A stretch of DNA of 64,000 bases, from assembly GCF_006345805.1 (NCBI RefSeq), contig NC_043012.1:12276001-12340000 (forward strand), read 5' to 3'. This DNA comes from Octopus sinensis (taxonomy: Eukaryota). The notes beneath the pieces are model-generated. The model saw nothing but the letters and a program-made list of their open reading frames with translations. It did not search any database and was not told where the DNA came from. Position numbers and translations under genes: made by a program. Of this stretch, positions 26,801 to 39,947 are shown piece after piece. How positions within the stretch are numbered: position 1 is the stretch's first letter; every line of letters starts with the position of its first letter.

Positions 26801-27028
26801 AATAATGCATCCCCCAATAACTGGTTCCAACTGCAATATTACCAACGAATACGTATGTTTATTTGAACGATTTTTTAATACATTCTCATTCATTTCTCTC
26901 ATAGATTTCTCATCCACTTCTAAATTAACAGTTCATTTCAAATCTCTCTTTCGTAAACTTTCAAATAATATTTTCGCTTACATTTCACAATGAGTTGTCC
27001 ACCTGCAAGATGCATTTATATGTATGTA

Positions 27029-27735
27029 TGCCATTATTCAGTATATTTCAAGATTTCTTGCCAATAGAGAAAGAGCCGGTTTCTAACTTAGATCCAAGGC
27101 TCCTTTATTGGAATTTCAACATCAACAACAGGATATGCATGTATGTATGTATATGCAAATTTGTATGTTTTATGTATGTATTCTCATGAATATATTTGCA
27201 TATCTAAACACGCTCATTTATATTTAAATGATAAACTTTTGGAAACTTTTACAGATTTTTATAAACCTGAACTTGTAAACTGGATAGAGTAACTGCAGAT
27301 TTCTCAATAGTTCAACGTAGGTGTTTTGTTTTTCACTGATCTTCAGCTTTATGTTAACATCCGATGGGTAGCTAATTTCCACAACTGTATACAGTTTCTC
27401 TTCTCTATCATAAATCCTCATATCAGGTCTGTTGTGCTTACACTTTATTGAGGCCTTCACTGGTCCATTCCACCAGTATTCCTTTTTTTTATTAGTGGCT
27501 ATGGCTTCTACCATATTGTGAGTTATTATTTCTTTGTCTTCAGGATTATCCTTCCGATGGATTTCATTATAGAGTGCCCTACCCTCAACGTCATGTCTCA
27601 TCGTAGATATACCGTGATGACACTTTCGGATAACTGCTTATGATATGGGTGATATCTTTAGAGCGAACTCCACAGAGTCTATATCGGTTGTTACACTTTA
27701 CGGCTTTACCTGCATCTCTATCCCTTTTGAGCATC
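27029..27735 (-). mobile_element. R4/Dong-clade (RLE-type) non-LTR retrotransposon 3' relic
   Basis: ORF 27224..27601 contains RHD...WW...HNRPD...VVEISYPSDVN...EK..Y..L..NLQLLYP, a restriction-like endonuclease signature. It is preceded by a degenerate CCHC knuckle (RLCGV...ITHIISS). The 3' UTR ends in (CATA)n. Confidence 0.85.
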
Positions 27736-28138
27736 AGTCAACAGAGATCAGAGACTAGATAATGTCATATATTGACCTATAGATAGAAGGCGGTGTGGGC
27801 GAAATGTCTGCACTTAAAAGGATCATTAGTGTCTGCTTATTTGTGCGTAGAAAACAAATTATACACAGAATGTATATTTAAATTTACTTGTTTTTATTGT
27901 CGTTATTGACCACATTGTGACATCAATGACTATAGAATGTTTGGCCTCACTGTGTGTTGCGTTCCTAGTTATTAACCGAAATTACTTCTACTCCAAACAT
28001 TCGCCAAACCCAAATGAGATCTCGTAGACGAAAACATAAATAAACAAATAAATAAGAAAAATCGATGCCAGGATGTGAGCAAGAAAACACAAATACTGGT
28101 TATATACATATGTACAATATATATGCATATAATGCAAT

Positions 28139-28210
<72 letters not shown>

Positions 28211-28472
28211 GTATATATATATGCATATAATGCAATGTACTATATATACATAAATATATAATACATAGTTTCATCGTAATTTGAATTTATACATACATAC
28301 ATACATATATATATTTATATAAATATGCATATGATATAATGTAATATATATGCACATATATATGTATATATACACATATATATGCATACATATATGTATG
28401 TATATATATATATATATAAACATATATATATATGCATATACTTATATATATATATATGTATATATATATATA

Positions 28473-28516
<44 letters not shown>

Positions 28517-28967
28517 AATATACACATATACCTCTATGTAACTATCTCTAAAAGTCTGTTCAAATGATGTTTACTCATAAGTACTCACCGGTGCTCTATC
28601 GATAAAAACCAACGAAATGATTTTCTCTTTGGACACACTTTCTCACCTTCTCCACTTCTTCCTCCTCCTCCTCCTCCTCCTTCATGTACAAACACTGAAA
28701 CCTCACAACTCAATATATGTCTGTAGAACGCACATAGACGCACAGACACATTCCCTCTTACACACACAGCCATACATTATTTCTGGTCCATGCTACAGGA
28801 TTTTTTTTTTTTACTTTTTAGAAGCGCTTATAAAAGTCGTTGTTGAAAAAGTTTGGAATCTATAACATTATATGTCAAGAGCTTCTCATGAACTACTCAG
28901 GATATTGTAAGATATTCCAATATTCGAACAGAATCTTCCACAGTCATATTTCCTCAGTTTTTCTGTT

Positions 28968-29015
<48 letters not shown>

Positions 29016-29569
29016 GCCATTGATACAGTCCAATGTCGATCATTAAGACCATTCTTTCCTTCTCGAATTTTATCTGAAGATTCAGATGGTTGGCTCAAGT
29101 CGAGATAAGAATGAATCTTATTTTATTTTGTTCGGTTTATGTTAAATATATCCTTGTTCAGTCGTACACGCGCACGCATGCGCACGTACACACATAAGCG
29201 CGTGCTTGCAACAGTATCTTTTACATTTTACTTGTTTAGGTCTTTCGACTGCCGCCATGTCTCGACCACTATCTCGTAGTTTAGTCGAACAAACCCCACC
29301 GGGGGTGGGAGGAAAAGCACAAACAAAAAGGGCATACATACATAGATATATACATAGATGTAAACAAAGCGCGTACACACGCGCACACACATACACACAC
29401 ACACATACACACACATATATGTATATATATATATATATAGGGTGCGGTGAATAAACTGTCGTCTAAATTACACAAAAGTGAAAATAACATTAGATCTGAT
29501 TTTAACAGTTATATTTACCAAATTTATATAAAAATATCTTCACCTCTCCATCTCAAATGATTATATCAG

Positions 29570-30135
29570 TTTACCTACATTTTATTGAAGTCTTCCCCGC
29601 GACATTCCACCAGTAGCCCATTTTATTATGAGTGGCCATGCTCTGGGTTCTTATTCTTCCGACGGATTTCATTATAGATATAACCGGGGTGGCATTTTCG
29701 GACAACTGTCTATGATGTGGATGATATTTTCGGTATTCACTCCACAAAGTCTGCATCAGATGTCAGATTATACTGCTTTTCTTGCATCTTTATCCCTATT
29801 ATGTATCTGGTATTTGGTAGATATTTCCTGATCCTGGATTGCAGATACTTACCCTTCAAAGGGGGGGGGTAGTATTCTGGCTATTGATCGATGATTGACT
29901 GCTTTGATGATCGATGTTACGATCACCTCTGAGCTTTCTACTAACATATTCATGCATAGTCTTCTACTCATATGTGCTCATCCTTTTATCTGATGATACG
30001 TTGCAGTATAGTTGTGTGACTTTTATAGACAGGTTATCAGTTATCAGACAAGGAATGTTGCTCAAGGAGGTGCCTTGCAAGTCTCATGATGTTATCAACC
30101 TCATGTATGCAAACTTGGTCAAGGGATTCACTTCA
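29570..30135 (-). mobile_element. R4/Dong-clade retrotransposon internal relic
   Basis: ORF 29571..29756 ATHNKMGYWWNVAGKTSIKC parallels ATNKKKEYWWNGPVKASIKC of the 27-kb copy. Confidence 0.7.
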
Positions 30136-30157
30136 ACATATATGTATGTATGTATGT

Positions 30158-30600
30158 TTGATTTTTCTTTGAATTTTATTTAAGTTCTTCGTGAGAGTGT
30201 TCAAACTGGTCGCTAACAAAGTGACGAGACGTTTCGACTCAAGGGAGTTCTCGGTGTTTTTAAGTATGTGATTGAGTTAGTGTGTCGGTTGAACTGTTGA
30301 TGCATACATCCAAGTGTGCGCATCTGTTCACGTAAGAATCTCAGATCGAGAAGTGTTTGGACGTTTAACAAATCTTCTCTTCGACACAAATACATTGGAT
30401 ATTGAGAATACGTGTCAGTTTCTTTTGATTTTTCTCCGTGAAAACAGGTGTTTTTAGTGTTTTTTTTGTGCAAATTTGTTGGTATATAAACAAATACACC
30501 TCTGATGATAGATACAAATGAGAATTCATATCAGGGTACAAAAGCTGTAATTTCCACATTAATTTACCATAAATGTTCCTATTTTTCCTCTACCTTTGTA
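30158..30600 (-). mobile_element. R4/Dong-clade 3' relic (diverged subfamily) flanked by (TATG)n
   Basis: Encodes KLQLLYPD, matching NLQLLYPV of the 27-kb copy. (TATG)n lies on both sides (30140-30157 and 30606-30682). Confidence 0.55.
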
Positions 30601-30928
30601 CTATTGTATGTATGTATGTATGTATGTATGTATGTACGTATGTATGTATGTATGTATGTATGTATGTATGTATGTATGTATGCACGCGCGCGTTTGTGAA
30701 TGTATATATCATACACGTATGTATGTATGTGTATGTATGCATGTAAGAATGTATGTGTGCATGTATGGGTATAAACTTAATTTGGAGAGTATGTATGAGA
30801 ATATGCATGTTTGCTTAAGCAGTCACGGAAACACATAAGTGGTAGCAATAATATTAACAGGTAGACAAGTAGTTAAGGCATCGCTTTTGTTTGTTTCCCC
30901 ACACAATAAGTTATAGCAATGAATGTGA

Positions 30929-30990
30929 ATAGATATAATAAAATAGATATAATAAAATAGATATAATAAAATAGATATAATAAAATATAA
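30929..30990 (+). repeat. 14-bp tandem repeat (ATAGATATAATAAA) x4
   Basis: Directly visible. Confidence 0.9.
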
Positions 30991-31189
30991 GACCTTGGTG
31001 CGTGTGACATCTGGATTAGTTGATCTGAAAGAAGAAGCCGCATGGAATGAAAGAACTTTGGAGAGTCAACGAGACAGTGGAAAATATGAATGAATAAGAA
31101 ACGCATACACATACGTCGAAAGACGAACATATAAATATACGAATATATAAACATATTTTGTACATTATATATATACATATTCCAATTTC

Positions 31190-31489
31190 GTCGCCCTTTT
31201 CAAGCCCTAGTCAGGCTCATGGGCTCGGTTTCCCGGTTTCTGTGGCGTATGTGTTCCCCCCAGCTGGACGGGACGCCAGTCCATCGCAGCGTTACTCAAG
31301 AAACAGGAAGAGAGAGTGAGCGAAAGTTGTGGAGAAAGAGTACAACAGGGGTCGTTGTACTGCAGGAGCCTCGTGGAGTTTTTAGGTGTTTTCGCTCAAT
31401 AAACACATACAACACCCGGTCTGGGAATTGAAACAGTGACCCTCCGACCGCGAGCCCGTTGCCCTAACCACTGGTCCATTGCGCCTCCA
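31190..31489 (-). mobile_element. SINE family B-related copy
   Basis: tRNA head plus GATGGACTGGCGTCCCGTCCAG...GAAACCGGGAAACCG tail. Confidence 0.85.
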
Positions 31490-32377
31490 CACACACACAC
31501 ACACATATATATATAATATACTTCGTCATATCTATGTGTATGTATGTGTGCGCGTTTGTGAGGGGGAACAGTATGGCAACATGGGATATGAGCATTGCTA
31601 TTGGTGCACAGAATGCATTTGAATGTCGGACGATGATTGTATATGGATATGATTTGCATAATCTTATGTTGCGATGGTTATGTAGAATATGTAATGTGTG
31701 TGTGTGTGTGTTTGTGTGCGCATGTGTGTGCGTGTGTGCATGTGTGTATGTATTTTCTTTTCTTGGGTAACGAGTCTCTGGAGTTAGACGTTCTATGGGG
31801 TATGTTGAAAGTTTACTGTCAGTTTTGAAAAAAAACAAAAAAACAAATCGGAGCTCATTGTACTTTTGTTTCTTTTAGTGTTTCATTTTGTGTTCGATTT
31901 TTGCATCGAATTAAAAGTACTTTACACAGAACTGTGCGTTTGTTAGTCATGTATTATTTATACTGTTATATATCTATAAGTCTTATTTGGTTATATATTT
32001 TATCTGCATCTTATATTTTTTTTATATAATTTTTGGTGCACTTGTTACTATGTGAATCGATTTGGCTTTCAATCTTAATTTTGATGTTTCCAGTTCTTTA
32101 TAATGCGATAAGTTTTCAGCGATATTTAGTGTTTTGCTCTCATCTCCATACACCAATTAAGAGACTTTTCCTTTCCTGATCGTCTTTGATAATAATCCCT
32201 CTGTGATGTACTTTATCTGCTGTATTGTATCAAGTGTGATGATTCTTGACTGTTTTTTTCTGTTCATTCCACAGGGTACACAAGACAAGAACAAATAATA
32301 CATTTTGCTTCATTAATCCATTATCGTTTATGAAACTTTTAACCTCATTTTAATAGTCTTTCTATTTCTCATTTCAG

Positions 32378-32681
32378 GTTGATAAAAAAGGGCCAGGATG
32401 AAAAGACTCTTGTTAATTATGACGAACTCGACGAGACGTATGGTGATGATGAATCGCCACCCGGGCCAAGGAAAACTTTACCGATGCCAGGGCCCTTACC
32501 ACCAGTCCCAGCACCCAAATGCATGTGTTTCCAGTCCAGGCAACGTTACTTAATAGCATTGCTCAGTAGTTTAGGCTTCCTCATCTCCTTCGGTATTAGA
32601 TGTAACATGGGCGTGGCCATTGTAATGATGGTAAACAACGACACAGACATTGATTCTTCGCAGAACACAACCGAAGTGAGA
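32378..32681 (+). CDS. VGLUT: Vesicular glutamate transporter (VGLUT, SLC17A6/7/8 / eat-4 family), internal coding exon: cytosolic N-terminus, TM1 and start of luminal loop 1
   Basis: Pyrimidine tract and TTTCAG acceptor at 32376-32377 (phase 2). Translation ...[33 protein letters not shown] carries the VGLUT TM1 signature ([27 protein letters not shown]). Donor GTAAGT at 32682 (phase 0) is compatible with the next exon. Confidence 0.95.
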
Positions 32682-33866
32682 GTAAGTTCACCGTATTTTT
32701 ATTTATTTACTTCCATATTATTATTAAATTCTCTGCACTTTCTTTTCTTTTCTTTAGTATTTTTCTAATTGTTTTATTTATCGTAAACACTTGCTTTTGG
32801 TACATACCTGGACATACGTAAAAGGAATGGACCACAGATTCTAAACGAATAAGGGAGCCTAATATTTTGAGAATCTTGAATACATTTCATTTCAGTAGTG
32901 TTTTCCTTGCTTAAATCAAACTGAGCTCTGATCAAGCAGGCATATGTCCAAAGGCATATGTCCATCGAATATTTTTTAAGGCACGGAGAATTATATTATC
33001 TAAGTTCTTATTTAAGAATCTATGTGTACGAATTGAAGGACACTTGTATGCTTTTTCTAGGAAATTAACCGACCCTAAGAAGTCTCCATGATCGGATCCG
33101 TCAGTCTTTGTGTATTACGTAATGCAGCAAAGTTTTACTGAGAAGTTGACACCTTTTTATCTTCCATAAAGCTACTAAGGAGTAAGTAAAGCAGGCATAG
33201 CTATGTGATTGAGAGGAGCTATTCGATGATTGATTAGCTTCACGTCTGGCCTGATTAATCAAACCTATAATCAAAGTTGACCTGGCCGGTATCTTTCCGT
33301 TTTTGTTTGATGTACAATGTGTGTTGGAGAAATATATGACTTTCCTTTTTTAACACAGCTGAGTGTAATTTCGAGTTAATTTGGTGAGTATTCCTATGAA
33401 GTTAGACAATTATTTAGACTTGACGGTTGGTAGTTTATAAGTCGATATCGGATATAATGACTGAATCAATTTCATAAAAGTGTTTCAACTCATTATCTCT
33501 CATGCTTACACGATAAAATGAGTACGGTAGGAGAATAAATCGCAAATATTTCGTATTACAGTATGTATATTGGCATGGTTCTAGATCATTACTGCTATAA
33601 CATTGTCAATCATAGTAGTTTTATACTAATAGTAGACAACATAATCAAAGTGTAAATTATTTTAGCCACTTATATATCTCAGTGCTACTGACGTTCACGG
33701 ACGGCTTACTTATCACAACTTTTCTGAAGTAGGTTTACGCTTTGGTTCGTTCAGTGTAAATGTAGCGTGGCTTGTTCAATTTAGTTAAGGTGGAATACTT
33801 AGAGTAAATGATGATACCGTAGATAAATACGGCCATTAGCTCTGTTATCGATATATACCTAGTATA

Positions 33867-34065
33867 AGGCGGTGAGCAGGTCGGGCAAAAAGCTTAGCGG
33901 CATTTCGTTCGTCTCTACGTTCTGGCTCCAAATTCCACTTCGGTCGACTTTGCCTTTCACTTTTGGGGGATCTGGGAAAAAAGTACCAGTTCAACACTGG
34001 GATCGATGTAATTGACACACTTCCTCCCCCGAAATTGCTGGCCTTGTGCCAAAATTTAAAACCTA
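33867..34065 (+). mobile_element. SINE family C copy
   Basis: GGCGGTGAGC...CTTAGCGGCATTTCGT...GGTCGACTTTGCCTTTCA...GGCCTTGTGCCAAAATTT. Confidence 0.8.
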
Positions 34066-35948
34066 GTACGTTATTATTTTGATTTTTGCAATTAGCCAAA
34101 GATAGATATTGCCAAACGGATTCTGATTTATTACCGATAAACATTTTATAAACACGGAATCATGCACAATTTCTAAGCAGAACCTATAATGTGTGAGAAA
34201 AATATGAAAAAAAAGTAACACTAATCCTCATGGAATGTGACTTACTTCACTGTTCCATATTCTAAGCCATTCTGTATTCTATATTTTTTGCAGCGAATTT
34301 TATCATTCATGATATCAACAGATATTAAATATTCATTTGATTCTCGAGCATGAAAGTAAACTATAATAACTGATTGGTGTTGTTGTTATAGTTGCTGTTG
34401 TTGTTGTTGTTGTTGCTGTTGCTACTCTGCTGTTGTTGCTATTGCTGCAGTGGCTTTAGCAGTTGGGGTTGTAGTTTAGTCTAAAGACTGTGTTGAGTAG
34501 ACACATGATAAAATAAAAAATCATTTCTGCTGTAAGTAACCTTTGTGTTATCTAGGGTCTATATTATATAAGATTTGACTACATATTCTAGCAAGGCATT
34601 ATTCTTTGTCAAAATATGTAGCTAGGGTATGCTTGTTCAATGTTAGAAAATGCTAAAACATAAGTTACGTTTCCGATAATTTAAATGCATAACTCTGATA
34701 AACAGGCGATTTATCTTGATGCAGCCGTCAGTCAATGTAGGAATTTAAAATGAGTTATAATGAGCCAAATGTGTCATTTATAATTGTAACACATAATTGC
34801 AGTTCATGGCACACAGGACATGCAAATGAGGACTTAGAGAGTTGATATAATCAGAAATATTCGCGCAATAATATTTCATATATGAGCTCATATCTATATC
34901 TATAAGACTTTCATGTTGAGATCTTTTATCGTTTATATGTTGCTTATATCATTCATTAAACTGCGGTAATGCTGGAGCACCGCCTTGAATAATTTTTGTC
35001 AAACGAAGGCATCGATCCCATTACTCATTATCGTTTTTGTAAAGCCTGATACTTATTCCATCGGTCTCTTTTGGTGAATCCCTAGGTTGCCAAGACTTAA
35101 CGCACACCAAAATCGGTTGTCAAGTGGAGGTAGAGGGGGTACAAAACCGGCAGAAAGGCACACACACACACACACACGTATATGTAAGCCTGGATACGAC
35201 GGACTATAGATATATATGCATATTCAGTCGAATATGCATATATTAACTTAACTCCTTGTTAAGATGTATATATCGAGTCTATTTTTTTGGTATTCAAAGA
35301 GAGAATAAACCTGTTGCACAACAATAACTGCTTTGACTACATTTCCAACTGAGGCTAGAAATGTATGTTAATAAAAACAATTATTCTGCAACTTTTGAAA
35401 ATTACACAAGAGAATGGATTTGTTGTGCATCATAAAGAAGTAAATTAATGCATATTATCCGTCTGTAGGTGTAACTAACCGGGGTACTCATTAACTGTTA
35501 TTGTAACATCACAAAATAGCTATAAATTTGTAAATTTGTAATCATTCTTTGCTGAAGATCTAGGAACACTAGAAAATGGACGGGACGAGCACATGAGATA
35601 TAAAATCTGTTTTGTTTTTACTGTTTATTTTTCGTTGCGGGACTTTTTGTACATTGATCGAACATTTTTAACTTACATTTTAATTTATTAAGATAGGCTT
35701 TGTTACACACTAAGAGTTAATTAATTAAACTACATTGGTCGGGTCATTTACCGTTTCATATAAGGGTACCATCGTCTTCCTATTGATTCACATGATTTTT
35801 GTTTCGAATGGGCAGATAAAATTGCGTGACATTAGGTTTCGTCAACTAGAAAGAAACATTTTAGAGACATAATTGAAAGAAAACTATTTCAGTCGAATGT
35901 CACCCTCGCTTCTATGAATTTAATCCCATAATGAAGAAAACATGAAGA

Positions 35949-36371
35949 GGCGTAGGAGTGGCTGTGTGGTAAGTGGCTTGCTTACCAGCCACATGGTTCC
36001 GGGTGCAGTCCCACTGCGTGGCACCTTGGGCAAGTGTTTTCTACTATAGCCTCGGGCCAACCAAAGCCTTGTGAAGGGATTTGGTAGAAGGAAACTGAAA
36101 GAAGCCCGTCGATTATATGTATATATATATATATATGTGTGTGTGTGTATATGTTTGTGTGTCTGTGTTTGTCCCCCCCAGCATCGCTTGACAACCGATG
36201 CTGGTGTGTTTACGTCCCCGTAACTTAGCGGTTCGGCAAAATAGGCCGATAAAATAAGTACTAGGCTTGCAAAGAATAAGTCATGGGTTCGATTTGCTCG
36301 ACTAAAGGCGGTGCTCCAGCATGACCACAGTGAAATGACTGAAACAAGTAGAAGAGTAAAAGAGTAAGAGT
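35949..36371 (+). mobile_element. tRNA-derived SINE family A (CORE-like CCTTGGGCAAGT block, internal microsatellite), full length
   Basis: A-box/B-box-like head GGCGTAGGAGTGGCTGTGTGGTAAG...GGtgCAGTCCC and (AAGAGT)n tail. Many copies in the window. Confidence 0.85.
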
Positions 36372-36994
36372 GAACAAGAAACCACAATATATGAATTTTA
36401 GGAATTGTGTTCGGTGCTCGACCATGTATTTTCCTACTTGAGATTCCAATGAAGAAACGTAACCTTGAATTCTATTTTCTGTGCATATAATCAGTAATTA
36501 TAACAGTCGAAATTTGGAGTTTTAGCAAACTAAGAAATTCTTTAATGATTTTACAATCATTACTTTCAAGCTTTCTCTGAGTAAGCCGGGAGAGAACCGG
36601 CTAGAGAATGTTGCTGATAAACAAAATTAATATATAATTCAAGACCGTAATGAAAATGAGTGGATTAAGACATAAAAGGGAAATTTATTTCAAGATGTCT
36701 TTAGATTTACGATAAGAACAAAGAAATTAATTTTAATCCATAAATAATAGGTCATGAAACAATATTTGGTATTGAAACCTTGTTCGTGATACGTAGAGTG
36801 TAATGAGATAGAATGTTTCCCATGGCTTTGAAGTAAAGAACCAAGAAATTTTAATTAAAAACAGGATACAAAGAGACCAGACAAGAAAAAAATTTTAAAA
36901 GCGAAAAGTTTTAAAAAGCACATCATTGTTATTAAAATCGTGTATCGTACAATGCTTTGTTGTAGATTTATAATAATTCGTGATTTTTTTAGAG

Positions 36995-37074
<80 letters not shown>

Positions 37075-37084
37075 ATATATTTAT

Positions 37085-37385
37085 ATATTTAAACATTTAC
37101 AAAATGGGATAAGAACGCAAAACATCCAGATAGACGATTCAAAAAACACGGACGGGTCATTCGAAGCCTTTAATCTTCAGTCAAGGACCGGATCATCCTC
37201 GCAATTTCGGCTGATTAATCTTGAGATTGCTCCAATGTGGCCAGCCCGAAGGAAAGACTAAGCTAAAAGCATTAGATTCCTTGGAAAAGGATCGAATGTA
37301 TACGAAACAAGGACGGGAAAACGGATGATGTTACACGAATCTAAATACAAAAATAATACAAAAATTACAATAATAATAATAACAG
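37085..37385 (-). mobile_element. Interspersed repeat (probable PLE-derived), copy 2
   Basis: Same family as 9208-9437 in the opposite orientation, with the same end abutting (TA)n. Confidence 0.6.
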
Positions 37386-37864
37386 GACATAGTTTTAATC
37401 TGCATTGATATAAGCGACTTTATCACCCTTTCCTTATCAATCCTTTATGAGCATTGATACTAATACTCATAATCACATATAGGTAATACACCAGTAATTC
37501 ACTGGATACAAATATCCATTAGACGGTTTTTATAACCTCTAATTGGACTTGCCCTCTCTCTCTCTTTATATATATGAAATAATAGAGGCAGCTATATATA
37601 AAACCAAAAGGGAATAGTTCAATCGTCATTATTGTGACCGAGGGTCTGGGTAGTACCTATGTTACTAGAAATAAGACTTTAAACCCTTAGAACCACAAGG
37701 AAGAACGTTTTCATATACTGACAGAGGTGAAAAACCGCCTCATAAGCGAAGCTAGATCCCTGGAATAGACTTGTTTTATGTGTAAAGTTACAGACATGTC
37801 AGCAGTGGCTATTCCATCACCGAATGGCTTCGCCGCCATGCTTGATCGCTAAATCCACAAGAGC

Positions 37865-38216
37865 GAATCGACCCCAGGACTTATTCTTTATAAGCCTAGT
37901 ACCTATCAATCGAGCTCTTTTGCTGGACCGCTAAGTTAGGGGGACGCAAACACATCAGTATCGGTTGTCAAGCGATGTTGGGGGGGGGGCAACACAGACA
38001 CACAAACACATTTACACACATACATATATATATATATATATACACATATATACGACGGGCTTCTTTCAATTTCCGTCTACCAAATCCACTCACAAGGCTT
38101 TGGTCGGCCCGAGGCTATAGTAGAAGACACTTGCTCAAGGTGCCACGCAGTGGGACTTAACCAGGGACCATGTGGTTTGTAAGCAAGCTTCTTACCACAC
38201 AGCCACTCCTACGCCT
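37865..38216 (-). mobile_element. SINE family A copy
   Basis: High-identity reverse-complement match to 35949-36300. Confidence 0.85.
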
Positions 38217-38825
38217 ATTATATATGTATATGCACACGTACTTATATAAACATGTAGATAGTTAATGTTTTAATAATGCTTTAAGGAGTTGAGTCTGACG
38301 TATCAACATACACATAGTAACTAAAGTCTTTCAATATTTCTAATTAAGAAACGAGACGGGTGCTCACATATGCATACACAAGCGTGAACATACATGCATA
38401 AACTCTGATACACACAATCCCTCATACATAAACACATACATAATCCATACATACATAAATACATACATACACACATACTCACACAGAGACACATATAATT
38501 ATACCAATATCGGTGATGTCATACTGCAAAGATCTCTGTTGCAGCCGAGTGCAGATTAGGAAACTGGTGAGATTGGTATCTACTTAAACTTCCAATAACG
38601 GAGTTTAAGATGCTAAAAATATATATAACAAAAAACAACAATAACCAGAAAATACACCAAAATATATAAAATGTAATCATATTTTTCTATAAAAAATGCA
38701 CAGTTTGTATTAAAAATTTCTGTGTGTTTAAACATATATGCGTGCTATAGAATTTATTTTTGTAATGAATTATTTCTTAGTAATATTTACTGATAAAATA
38801 TCGCCTTAGAGTTTGTGTATGGATC

Positions 38826-38873
<48 letters not shown>

Positions 38874-38884
38874 TATATATATAA

Positions 38885-39251
38885 AATATAAAATCCGTTC
38901 TGTCTGTCTGTGTGTCTTGTAGGATCTCTGGCATCCTCCATCCGATGGATATGTAGATACCGACAGTATCAGAGCGTGTATAAGTGTTGAAAAAAACTAC
39001 AAAACTAGATTCCAAGTGAGAATGCGATCGATAAAGCCGTGGGAACGTGCATTTGTAAAATCGTTTTTCTTGGAATAGAAAAAAAGTATATCTTTATTTC
39101 TTCTTTGGCTGGTGTCTCAAATTTAGGTTAAATCAGTGTTTCTCAAAGGTGAGGCCTATGGGACGGTCGGACAAGTTGTTTTGAGAAAATTTTGTTTAAA
39201 TGTTTGAGAACTCAGCACCGTCCATTGGACGGGGGGGGGGAGTTTTGCTCG
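38885..39251 (+). mobile_element. Non-autonomous Helitron-like element, copy 2
   Basis: Same family as 1362-1733. 3' hairpin CCGTCCA-T-TGGACGG followed by CTCG|T; the 5' end merges into (TA)n. Confidence 0.72.
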
Positions 39252-39292
39252 TATACACACCCACATACACACGCATACACACACAAACACAC

Positions 39293-39327
<35 letters not shown>

Positions 39328-39639
39328 ATATGAACGTATTTCTCCAGTTTGAATGGCGTTATTAGTATTACTATTTACTATATTAAATGATTGTTGCTGG
39401 TGTTGTTGTGGTTATTGTTTCAGCTGCTGTCATTGCAGTCGTTCTGGTGATTATTGTTTTATATATTCTTGCTGCTCTCTGTCACATCGGGAGATTGTGC
39501 TGGTAACTTTGAACAGAGTAATGTATGCAATATTGATTGAACACCTATGGGGAATTTGTTTTACTATGTTTGACTTGGCAGAATAGTTACCTCCTGGAGG
39601 AAAATGCATAGCAGTATTTGACCTGTCTTTACCTTCAAA

Positions 39640-39905
39640 TTTCAAATACCACCGAGGTCGACTTTGCCTTTCATCCTTTCATGGTCGATGAAATAAAGAT
39701 TTCACTGCGCTTTGGGATCGATATAATAGATTGATCCTCCTCGCTCAAATTTCAGGCTTTGTGTCTATAGAAGAAAGAATTGTTGAACTGCTAGTAATAT
39801 TACCGTGCTACACAAAATGCTCACTGGCATTTCGTCCGGCTCTCTCCGTTCTGAGTTCAAATAACATCGAATTCAACTTTGCCTTTCCTCCGACTCGAGG
39901 CCGTA
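39640..39905 (+). mobile_element. Two partial SINE family C copies
   Basis: GAGGTCGACTTTGCCTTTCATCCTTTC core. A further minus-strand fragment lies at ~42955-43060. Confidence 0.7.
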
Positions 39906-39947
39906 AAACGTGATGCCAGACCAAGGCTAGGATCAAGGTGAATATAT

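Noticed and set aside
28065-28110. ATG-initiated MPGCEQENTNT as a candidate VGLUT first exon
   Set aside because: No convincing phase-2 GT donor and no homology evidence; it runs into microsatellite.
32682-32768. Hydrophobic ORF extension past the VGLUT exon (likewise 46742-46946)
   Set aside because: Read-through into T-rich intron after canonical GT donors; similarity to VGLUT stops at the donor.
35212-35243. Perfect 14-bp hairpin ATATATGCATATTC-AGTC-GAATATGCATATAT
   Set aside because: Low-complexity AT/GC-alternating sequence next to a SINE microsatellite; too short to imply function.
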